DNA of 14,893 bases, from the NCBI GenBank assembly GCA_045106895.1, contig JBGCFM010000246.1:1-14893 (forward strand). Direction: 5' to 3'. The notes under the pieces are model-generated. The model saw only the letters and a program-made list of their open reading frames with translations, was not told where the DNA came from and searched no databases. Source of the stretch: Polyangiales bacterium (GTDB taxonomy: Bacteria; Myxococcota_A; Polyangia; Polyangiales; Houyiibacteriaceae). Both the position numbers and the translations under genes were made by a program. Positions 1 to 7,682 of the stretch are shown piece after piece; within the stretch, counting starts at the first letter, position 1, and each line of letters starts with the position of its first letter.

Positions 1-1
1 G

Positions 2-70
2 AACATCCGCGACCATGAGCGACTCTTGGCACAGCTGGAAACCCGCCGTCGAAACCTCCACGGCGAGTAG
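2..70 (+). CDS. Possible 3' end of a gene entering from the left (…NIRDHERLLAQLETRRRNLHGE*)
   Basis: Frame starting at position 2 is open up to TAG at 68-70, 5 nt before the convergent stop at 76-78. Too short to identify. Confidence 0.4.
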   Translation, partial: NIRDHERLLAQLETRRRNLHGE

Positions 71-75
71 GGAGA

Positions 76-1734
76 CTACCCGCCGGGGCAGCTGGGATGC
101 GTACAGTAGCTGGACGCTCCTACGGACGTGCAGAGGAATCCGGCGAGTCCGGCTGCCTCGCATTCGGCACTGTCGGCACATGACAGCTGGCAGGTGCGGG
201 AAGTTTCGCTGCACTCGAGGGATAGCTCTGACTCCGAACAGTCCGAGGACTCTCGGCAGCTCTCGCCGACCCCTCCCGCTGTGATCGACGGCGTGAGGCA
301 TTCGAAACGCACGAGCGCTCCTTCGGATATCTCGCCACCCACGAAGACGACGCGATGCGGGCGCCGCTCGCAGCCTCGCACAGCGTTGACATCGTCGTAG
401 TACCAGCCGGAGGTCGCGCCGGCGCACGTGGGGTGCAGATCGATGACGCGACCTTCGGCATCGAGCTGGCAGACCTGGCACATTGCGCGCCCCTCGTAGT
501 CGACGCCGGCGGCCACTCCGCTCAAGCTTTGCTCTTCGCAAGTCGCGCCCAGTGGCATGACCTCGGTGAGGTTGCAGCGCGCGCGTCCGGCGCGGTCTTT
601 CGGAAGCGCTTGGTTGAAGCACGGAGGAAAACGACGTCGCGCAGCGATGCCTTCGGCGAGCTCGTCCAAGGCCGAGTCGCGTTCCGAGCAGACGGAGCCC
701 AGGGTGACGTCCACGTAGTCTGCTTCGAGGGCCTGAGAGACCTCGATGAGGCGCCTCGGAGCGTGGGCGCGCTGCCTATCAGGACCCTGGCAGGAAGTGC
801 GGAGCTGCGAAGGGTCACTGGGGTCTGGGCCAGGTTCCATGCGTTCGTCGTTCAAGAGCCGCTCGTAGTCCGGCCTTTGTCCTGCGCTCGGCAGGAGGTC
901 TGGTGGGATGCCGGCGATGATCGTCACGAAGAGCCGCTCCGGCGAGATGATCTGCCGGAAGCCGTCGACGTAGCGCTCGACGGACTGCAGCGCCTCACTA
1001 TGACGTACGCAGCGCTGGCTCATTTCGGGATGTGTGTAAGTCGTGCTGGCCTCGTTGAACACATCGGGGTTTGCGGCGGAACAGTCGTCGCCGCTGGTCA
1101 GGAAGACAACGGAGAGCATCGGGTCGTAGCGATGAAAGCCTTCGTTCGCTCCGTCCACGTGGCCCCGTGAGCCATTGACGAAAAGAAGCTCGGAGCTCGC
1201 AGAACTGAGCGCCTTGAGCGCGGCGTCGAGGGGCTGCTGAAAGCGGCACCCGTCTTCTCCCAGCGTTGCCAAGCACTGGGCTTGTTCGGTGAAGAGCTCG
1301 GCGTCTGATTCTCCGGCGCGAAATTGCAGAAATGGCGGCGCGTTCACCTCACATCGATCGCGGATCAGGATTCCATCGTCGCCAAAGTTGGGCTCCGCGC
1401 AGCTTGGGTGCTCGAAGCCGCCACTTCCGAGGTCCGCGCTGATGACACCTATCCGAATACGCCACAGCGGGTCGAAGCGTGTGCCTTGGGGCGAACGTCC
1501 ACTTGTGATCACATCGAGGAATCGGGGAAGCTGCCGCGCGAGGTCGGCTTGTGCGCGCGCCATGCCCTCGGAGTTGTCGATGACGAACAACAGGTCGAGG
1601 TCATCATCGGGAAGCCAGGAGCTGCGGAATTGATAGTCGGAGAACATGCACGGACCGGTGCCGGTCGCGTCGCGCGAGTCGCAGGCCAGAGGGAGAGCGA
1701 GAAGAACAAGGGCGAAGGAGACGCGCCTCAGCAT
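76..1734 (-). CDS. Cys-rich lipoprotein with a vWA-like domain (about 552 aa), paralog 1
   Basis: ATG at 1734 gives the signal peptide/lipobox MLRRVSFALVLLALPLA-C and overlaps the upstream stop (ATGCTGA). vWA-type first strand and MIDAS-like DLLFVIDNSEGM, then RIGVISADLG, GCRFQQPLDA and VFLTSGDDCS, followed by Cys-rich C-terminal modules. Confidence 0.8.
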   Translation of the reverse strand: MLRRVSFALVLLALPLACDSRDATGTGPCMFSDYQFRSSWLPDDDLDLLFVIDNSEGMARAQADLARQLPRFLDVITSGRSPQGTRFDPLWRIRIGVISADLGSGGFEHPSCAEPNFGDDGILIRDRCEVNAPPFLQFRAGESDAELFTEQAQCLATLGEDGCRFQQPLDAALKALSSASSELLFVNGSRGHVDGANEGFHRYDPMLSVVFLTSGDDCSAANPDVFNEASTTYTHPEMSQRCVRHSEALQSVERYVDGFRQIISPERLFVTIIAGIPPDLLPSAGQRPDYERLLNDERMEPGPDPSDPSQLRTSCQGPDRQRAHAPRRLIEVSQALEADYVDVTLGSVCSERDSALDELAEGIAARRRFPPCFNQALPKDRAGRARCNLTEVMPLGATCEEQSLSGVAAGVDYEGRAMCQVCQLDAEGRVIDLHPTCAGATSGWYYDDVNAVRGCERRPHRVVFVGGEISEGALVRFECLTPSITAGGVGESCRESSDCSESELSLECSETSRTCQLSCADSAECEAAGLAGFLCTSVGASSYCTHPSCPGG

Positions 1735-3399
1735 CCGCAGCACGCAGTCTGGCAGTAGCGCCCGCCCTCGGCCTCGCGGCACACGTACGGGTCAGGTCCG
1801 AAGCGCGCGCAGTCCCCGTCGTCCTCGCAGGAGACCTGGCACGTGTCCGTTGCTGTGTCGCAAACGAGGGGGACATCCGCCGGGAGGCTCGAGTCGCTAC
1901 AAATGGACGCGTCGTAGAGGCAGGAAGAACCCGCCCTGGCTTCACCCGCCGCGGGAGCTGCCGGCGCGTGGCAGTGGTGAATCGGCCGGGCGCCAACGAC
2001 GGGTTCGCTGCCTGGGTGAAACGCGATGAAGTCCCGGCACGTGTTTCGCTCCGCGTCGTTGGCCAGATACCAGCCCACGTCTCGCACGCCATCGCCTGCG
2101 AGCTGCCGACAGCCCGGATGCGGGTCGATGATGGTTCCGTCCTCCGTCGACGCGCACACGCGGCAGCGGCCACGACCGACGCGAGTTTCATCCGGTACGC
2201 GGCCTCGCAAGTCTTCGCAGCGAGTTCCTTCCGGGAGCACTTCCAAGTAGGCGCACGGCGGGCGATCTGCTGGCCGCGCTTCGAGAAGGCAGCGCCGGTT
2301 GAGGCTCTCGCCGATGGCGAGGGCCACGCGATCGATGACCTCTGCGTAGTCTTGTTGACACAGAGACCCAAGAACGATGTTGGCGCCGGCTTCGCCCAAC
2401 TGCTGTGCCGTTCGCACAAGACGCAGTGGGGCATGCGCCGCGCCGCCGCCGTCTGGAACTTCACACGAGGGGGAGAGCTGAGATGGGATCATGGGGTCTG
2501 GCTCGCCGTTCATCCGCGGGTCGCGCTCTTCGCCAATGAGCGCTTCGTAGTTCGGGGAATCCGTCGCGAGGTCCACGGGAATGCCGGCGAGAACGCCAAA
2601 TACGAGGCGCGCTGGGTCCACCGTCGCGAGGAGCCCATCGACGTATCGTTGAGTGGAGTGCAGCCTGGTCTTCGTAGCGCCAGCAGCGCGTATCAAGGTC
2701 CGGGTCCGTGTAGGTCGCGCTGTTCCGGGTGAAGAGCTCTGGGTCCGCGATGGAGCAGTCGTCTTCGCCCGTCAGGACCAGGACGACCAGGAGCGCGTCG
2801 TCCCGCAGAAGGTTGTTGTGGCCGGCGTTTCCGCTGGAGCCGCCCGCGAATATGGGGCCCGCGCTTGAGCCAGTGAGCGCCTTCAACATGGACTCCAGTG
2901 GTTGCTCGATGCCGCAGCCCCGCCCCCCGAGGTTCGCCAGACATTGCGCCACGTGCCCAAACTCCTCCGGGTCAGGGCCGAGCTCGGTCCAGTCCGAGCC
3001 GCCGGCGACGCAGTTTTCTCGGGTGCCTACCTGGCCGTTCTGCAGAAGCCCATCGTCACCATCAGGTGCGTCGCACGTCGGCAGTCTCTGGTCGCCGCTG
3101 CCCATGTCCGTCGACACCACGCCAAGGCGAACGCTGTCCAAGTCGACGTCCTCGTCGTCTCGCTCCACCTCAAGCATCGCGCGGACAAGCCGCGGCAGCT
3201 GGGCGACGAGGCGCCGCTGTTCTTCGTCCATGTCGCCGGAGTTGTCGACGACGAGAAGAATGTCCACTTCACGTGTCGGCTGCGGGGTGTAGGGGAACAA
3301 GCCCGGTTGGATCCATGGTGGGCAAGGAAGCTCGACGGCTTCCGGGGCGCAGCTCACCAAGACGAGGGTGGCCAGGACGGCGTGGAGTGGAGACTTCAC
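1728..3399 (-). pseudogene. Frameshifted (or mis-sequenced) vWA-like Cys-rich lipoprotein, paralog 2 (about 556 aa if repaired)
   Basis: ORF 2461-3507 supplies the N-terminal half (GTG at 3399, lipobox LATLVLVS-C, DILLVVDNSGDM, RLGVVSTDMG, GCGIEQPLES, VLTGEDDCS). ORF 1728-2696 supplies the C-terminal half (RYVDGLL, AGIPVDL, AHAPLRL, LGSLC, GWY). The two halves are collinear with paralog 1 and switch frame at about 2664-2668. Confidence 0.8.
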
Positions 3400-3587
3400 G
3401 GTTCGGCACAGAGCACAGAGTGGACCAAGGAAGGAACGCGGAAGAAAGCCGCTCTTGTGTGAACGTCGCGCCAACGAAGTAGGCGGACTTGCGCGCTCTT
3501 GAGTCACGCACGCGCGCTAGTGGAAGGAGCATCATCATTCTCCGGGGCTAGCTTCTGATCTACCTTGGGCGTCTAAGGGGCGGAGCC

Positions 3588-4970
3588 ATGAGATTTGAAA
3601 TAGCGTCGACGAGTGGAGGGATGCTCTGCCTTCGGCTAGGAGTTGCGTTGTCCGTGTCTCTCGCGGGATGTGGTTCACCGCAGGTCGCAACTAGCACTGC
3701 ACCTGAGTCTCCCGCGCGGCCTGAAGTTGCAGCCACGGAGACCCATCCCGAACGTGCGCAAACAGATCGTCCACCCGACGTTCATGTTGAGGAGGAGCCG
3801 GCAAGCGCGCCGGTTGTTTCGGAGGTGTTCTACGCGCGAGTGGGTCCGCTCCATCATGCCCACATCTCTTCTGTCAGCTACCCGAGTCTGGAGGTTCACG
3901 CCCTGACGCACCCGGTGGACGGGGCGGGCGACACGAGCCCAGCGATCTCGCCGGACGGCAGCCGCCTGGTCTTCACGCGGCGCGTCGGTGATCCCTCGCG
4001 GCCACGCCTTAGCCGCGCGTGGGTCCTTTCATTCGGCGATGAGGAGCCGCGTCGCCTGACCGATCAGGAGAGCAATGAGTGGTACCCGATGTTCGTCGGG
4101 ACCGGCGAGGTCATGGTGGCGAAGGCCGTCTTTGCCCGGCGCAATCCACACGGTGGAGTCTACGCCCGTGTGATTCGATACGGCATCGACGGCACGGAGA
4201 TCGAGCGGGGACATCATGAATGGGGGGTCACCTCACCTGGGTCTGCCGGCGGCCTGGTCTACGCCTCCGCCGTCCTGTCGTCGGGACGAACTGGTCCACG
4301 AAGCGTCCAGATTCGGCGCTGGGATTCGCAACTCTTTGATGGAGAACCAAACTGGGAGTGCACGACGCCGACTTTCCAAAATGAAGATGGATCGCGTGGT
4401 TGGGCGAGAACAAGGGTTCGGCAGGATGCTCATCACTACCGCGTCGCGCCCAACGGCGAGTACGTCGCCGTCCTATTGGGCCAAGGCTATACCTACGGGG
4501 AGGTCGAACCTTCTACGCTCGTACTCGTTCCCGTCTCAGGACCCCCGCCGGCAGGCGCGAGGCGCTATCGCAGCGCACTGTGTCCCGAACTTACATCCAT
4601 CGCGGACTCCGCTGTCGGCCCTCTTCAATGGTCCGGCGATGGCTCGATACTCACCTTCATGAAGGAAGAGGACGGTCGCCGCACCGCCTGGATGTGGAGC
4701 GCGTCGACGGGTGCGGAGCAGCTCGGAGAGATGACGGATGATGTGGTCGAGGTGAGTCCCAACCATGACGGGAGTCGGGTCGTTTTGGTCACCGAAGAAG
4801 AAAGCACGCCGGAAGCGGGCGATGAGCCCGCGAATCCGGAGAGGCGCGCACACATTCTGGATCGAGCGCAGGGCACGAGCGCTGCGGTGCCCTGGGATGG
4901 CTACGTCTCGCAGGTGGTCTGGGGGCCTAGATCCACGGGCAGTGAGGGAGCCTTGCCTGAGGGCGCGTAG
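3588..4970 (+). CDS. TolB-like (PD40/WD40-like beta-propeller) lipoprotein
   Basis: Lipobox LSVSLAG-C and a Pro/Glu-rich linker. PD40-type motifs DTSPAISPDGSRLVFTR, RRLTDQESNEWYPMF, VAPNGEYVAV, LQWSGDGSILTF and VSPNHDGSRVVLV. Alternative start at ATG 3621. Confidence 0.75.
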   Translation: MRFEIASTSGGMLCLRLGVALSVSLAGCGSPQVATSTAPESPARPEVAATETHPERAQTDRPPDVHVEEEPASAPVVSEVFYARVGPLHHAHISSVSYPSLEVHALTHPVDGAGDTSPAISPDGSRLVFTRRVGDPSRPRLSRAWVLSFGDEEPRRLTDQESNEWYPMFVGTGEVMVAKAVFARRNPHGGVYARVIRYGIDGTEIERGHHEWGVTSPGSAGGLVYASAVLSSGRTGPRSVQIRRWDSQLFDGEPNWECTTPTFQNEDGSRGWARTRVRQDAHHYRVAPNGEYVAVLLGQGYTYGEVEPSTLVLVPVSGPPPAGARRYRSALCPELTSIADSAVGPLQWSGDGSILTFMKEEDGRRTAWMWSASTGAEQLGEMTDDVVEVSPNHDGSRVVLVTEEESTPEAGDEPANPERRAHILDRAQGTSAAVPWDGYVSQVVWGPRSTGSEGALPEGA

Positions 4971-4989
4971 GTCACGTGCGCGTAGGTCA
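4963..4989. repeat. Perfect 12-bp direct repeat GCGCGTAGGTCA x2
   Basis: Copies at 4963-4974 and 4978-4989, separated by CGT. The first copy contains the TAG stop of the TolB-like gene. Confidence 0.85.
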
Positions 4990-4998
4990 GGCTGCGGG

Positions 4999-5529
4999 TT
5001 AGATCGGATGCGGGCCGCCCGCGCAAAGAACCTCGGACGGCGCTTCGCTCAGCAGCCGATAGGAGACGGTCCCCGCGCCATCGACGTAGCTGTTGGCGTT
5101 GAGGTAGCCGAAGTAGTCCTCTCCGCGGCCGATGAAGGCTTCGGCGGGCCGCACGAATTGTCCGCGCTGAAAGCCGATGTTCACGCCGAAGCCCGCGCCT
5201 GTGGGCCCGCCCGTGACCTCGATGCTCTTGAGCTCGCCCTCTTCGAAGCGAGCTCGTGCCGGTCCACCGAGGTTGTAGAAGATGTCATCCCCGAAGCAGA
5301 AAGCGCTCTCGGGAATGGGCACCTCAGAGTCCTCCGACGAGCGTGCAAAGCCAACGTACCCGGAGTAGTGATCACCGGTGCGTGAGCCGGAGACCACCTC
5401 AACGCTCACCTCATAGTAGACGGTGGGCGCGGGAAGGGGCCGCACGTGCGTCGCCTCTGATGAGCTGATTGGCGTCGCGCCACAGGAGGCCGTTATGAGC
5501 GCGAGGGCGCTCAACCAAGATGTCTTCAT
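4999..5529 (-). CDS. Hypothetical lipoprotein (176 aa), Gly/aromatic-rich, predicted beta-rich
   Basis: RBS-like GAGGTG upstream of ATG 5529. Signal peptide/lipobox MKTSWLSALALITAS-C. Confidence 0.75.
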   Translation of the reverse strand: MKTSWLSALALITASCGATPISSSEATHVRPLPAPTVYYEVSVEVVSGSRTGDHYSGYVGFARSSEDSEVPIPESAFCFGDDIFYNLGGPARARFEEGELKSIEVTGGPTGAGFGVNIGFQRGQFVRPAEAFIGRGEDYFGYLNANSYVDGAGTVSYRLLSEAPSEVLCAGGPHPI

Positions 5530-5649
5530 CGCACCACCTCAAGGGTTATGGGCGACGGTGATCGTCGCGCCATGAACGGAACCCCGACGGCAAAAAGAAT
5601 TGGGTCCGAAGACAACAAAGATGACCCGACCCTGTCGATTGTGCTTGGG

Positions 5650-5697
5650 GTTCAGGTTCGAAGTTCTGGTTCTGTTTCCGAATCAAAGTTCGGGTTC
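5650..5697. repeat. Three copies of GTTCNGGTTC in intergenic DNA
   Basis: GTTCAGGTTC 5650-5659, GTTCTGGTTC 5663-5672, GTTCGGGTTC 5688-5697. Confidence 0.7.
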
Positions 5698-5701
5698 GAT
5701 C

Positions 5702-6439
5702 TCAGTTCGCTTCGTTGCCCGGAACGAGTTGGCGCAAGACGTCGAAGTAGAGCGGTATGTTGAGATCGTTCCCGTCGTTCAGGCCGGCGTAGCGCACGTC
5801 ATCACTGAACCCTTGGAGCATCCACTCGAAGGCTTCGCTCGCCGGCGCCGTGATGAAGGATGGGTTTTCCAGCTGTGCGTCTTGGATAAAGTTGGCCGCC
5901 CGCGCCTCGGAGCTGAAGACCGGGATGCACACAGGGTAGCCCTCGTACTGCCACAAGAGCGGTCCACTCGGGTCGTCGGGGGAGCGGATGAAGCAGAGCG
6001 TTGGCAACGCAAGGGCACATCGCATGGCGTACTCGATGGCGCCATTGCTGCGCAGTTCGCGTATGGTGGTGATCGAGTGGTCGAGCAAAGCCTCCGGAGT
6101 ACTCATGCTCCGCTCTAGGATGTTCAGGACCTCCGCCAACGGGGCTTGGAATGCTCCGCCCTTGGCCTCTTTCCAGTGTGCGTATCCTTCCTCGAACAAT
6201 GCGGGTATGTCGCCGTCCCCGCCCTCACGTTCGACGACACTTTGGCGGAGATGCTCCATCGAGATGGGAATGTGCCCTACCGTTGAGCCAACGCGAACTC
6301 CGTTAAGAATGCGGACATCGGCGAGGCTCACGTGGGCAGTCTCCCCTTCCACGCGATGAAGCGTCACGAGGCCGTCGTCTTCGTGGGGCCTGCAGCGAAA
6401 GCGCCATTGCTCGCCGACCTTGAGTTCCACATCAGTCAT
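5702..6439 (-). CDS. Two-domain hypothetical protein (245 aa), C-terminal half SseB-like
   Basis: No signal peptide. N-terminal motifs KVGEQWRFRCRPHE, HIPIS and FEEGYAHWKEAKGGAF. C-terminal segment PLLWQYEGYPVCIPVFSSEARA resembles SseB-family N-terminal domains (from recall). Confidence 0.7.
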   Translation of the reverse strand: MTDVELKVGEQWRFRCRPHEDDGLVTLHRVEGETAHVSLADVRILNGVRVGSTVGHIPISMEHLRQSVVEREGGDGDIPALFEEGYAHWKEAKGGAFQAPLAEVLNILERSMSTPEALLDHSITTIRELRSNGAIEYAMRCALALPTLCFIRSPDDPSGPLLWQYEGYPVCIPVFSSEARAANFIQDAQLENPSFITAPASEAFEWMLQGFSDDVRYAGLNDGNDLNIPLYFDVLRQLVPGNEAN

Positions 6440-6527
6440 CAGCCGAGGCTAACACCGGGTCAGCTTCAAGCGTGACCCGCGTGAGGCGCACTTGCCCCTT
6501 CGTCGCTCCCATGGTCCCATCGCTGTG

Positions 6528-7682
6528 ATGCGCTTGCTCGTTTGTGTGATGCTCCTCGGGTGCGAGACGGTTCAAGTCCGGCCCTCGCTTGAGCCCGCCG
6601 CGGAAGAGGTCGAAGAGATTGAAGCCGCGGCCCCGGCCCTCGCCGCCATCAGCCTCGGAGTAGGGCCTCGTTCCAGTTGCGCCGTCCTCAGCGACGAGTC
6701 GCTCTGGTGCTGGGGCGACGGCGACGAGGGTTTGCTTGGCGGAGACCCCGGGCCGGGACCCGTGCGCGTGCTCGAGGCGGCGGGGCTTTCCCGTGTCGTG
6801 GTCGGCGAAAGTCGCGTTTGCTTCCTCGCTGCCGAAGGCGTGCGCTGTTTTGGCAACCTCGGCTATGCGCGCAACCCCGTACGCACCGAGCCCACCGCCG
6901 TGCCTCGGCTGGAGGGCGCCCGCGATTTCGCCGTGGCCTCTCGGCACGCATGTTTCATCGACGGCGAGGCAAAAGTGCGTTGTATCGGTTCGGGTGCAAG
7001 CGCCGGCGAGAACGCGCGAGTACAGAGGCTCAGCGACCCCCTCGTCTCCGACGCGGAAGGGATCGCCACGGGTCTTGTTCACTCGTGTGCGCTGGCGGGG
7101 GGCTACGTTCACTGCTGGGGCGAGGCATACGGAGGTCGCCTCGGCGGTGTCGGCGTGCGCTCCTACACCGAGTCGGCGCGTCAGCTGCCAGACCTCGAAG
7201 GCGTTCGCAGCATCTCTTCTTACAGTCGAGGAGCGCAGACATGCGCGCTCCTCGCCGGCGACGAGATCCGCTGCTGGGGCCAAACCAGCTCAACGAATCA
7301 CCGCGCCCGCTACGCGCTCCTCGGCGAGACTCCCGTCGTCCTCGAACCCGTGGGCGAGCCCGTTGCCAGCATCGTCGCCGGCTTGGTCCAGGTCTTCGCC
7401 ATCGCGGAGTCCGGCGCCGTGTATCGCTACGTGAGCCAGCAGCCGACGCGGGAGGAACGAGCAAATGGCAGGGCGCAACTTCGGGTTTCCTACGGGACGG
7501 CGGCGCGCCTCGACTTGCCGCCGGTCTCCAACATCGGTGGTGGCTTGGCTCATACGTGCGCACTCACCCGCGACGGCGCGGTGCTTTGCTGGGGTCTCGG
7601 TGCCGGTGGCCGGCTCGGAAACGGCACAAATGGAAGCTTACCCACGCCCACCGCTGTTCACTTCGGGGAGAGCGACTCATGA
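6528..7682 (+). CDS. RCC1/BLIP-II repeat beta-propeller lipoprotein
   Basis: Lipobox MRLLVCVMLLG-C. Repeated RCC1-like units: SSCAVLSDESLWCWGDGDEGLLG, HSCALAGGYVHCWGEAYGGRLG, QTCALLAGDEIRCWG and HTCALTRDGAVLCWGLGAGGRLGNG. Stop overlaps the next start (ATGA 7679-7682). Confidence 0.85.
   Translation: MRLLVCVMLLGCETVQVRPSLEPAAEEVEEIEAAAPALAAISLGVGPRSSCAVLSDESLWCWGDGDEGLLGGDPGPGPVRVLEAAGLSRVVVGESRVCFLAAEGVRCFGNLGYARNPVRTEPTAVPRLEGARDFAVASRHACFIDGEAKVRCIGSGASAGENARVQRLSDPLVSDAEGIATGLVHSCALAGGYVHCWGEAYGGRLGGVGVRSYTESARQLPDLEGVRSISSYSRGAQTCALLAGDEIRCWGQTSSTNHRARYALLGETPVVLEPVGEPVASIVAGLVQVFAIAESGAVYRYVSQQPTREERANGRAQLRVSYGTAARLDLPPVSNIGGGLAHTCALTRDGAVLCWGLGAGGRLGNGTNGSLPTPTAVHFGESDS

Noticed and set aside
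2641..2700. Programmed frameshift, or the CACTC-CACTC duplication as the cause of the break
   Set aside because: No homopolymer or recognised slippery site. Deleting one CACTC copy leads to the wrong frame, whereas a 1-nt deletion restores gapless alignment with the paralog.
3406..3419. Tandem GCACAGA x2 upstream of paralog 2
   Set aside because: Only two 7-bp copies, compatible with chance.
5586..5625. c-di-GMP-I riboswitch suggested by GGCAAA…CAAAG
   Set aside because: No GNRA-capped P2 stem, and it is on the opposite strand to the flanking genes.
5694..5708. GTTC-N7-GTTC, the alphaproteobacterial LexA box
   Set aside because: Expected by chance inside a GTTC-rich tract. It overlaps a stop codon, no SOS gene is adjacent, and the organism does not look alphaproteobacterial.
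6677..7678. N-terminal 334 codons of the 1081-aa ORF
   Set aside because: Arg-rich off-frame reading of the RCC1 gene. The real SGNH protein starts at ATG 7679 with an ATGA overlap and a TM anchor.
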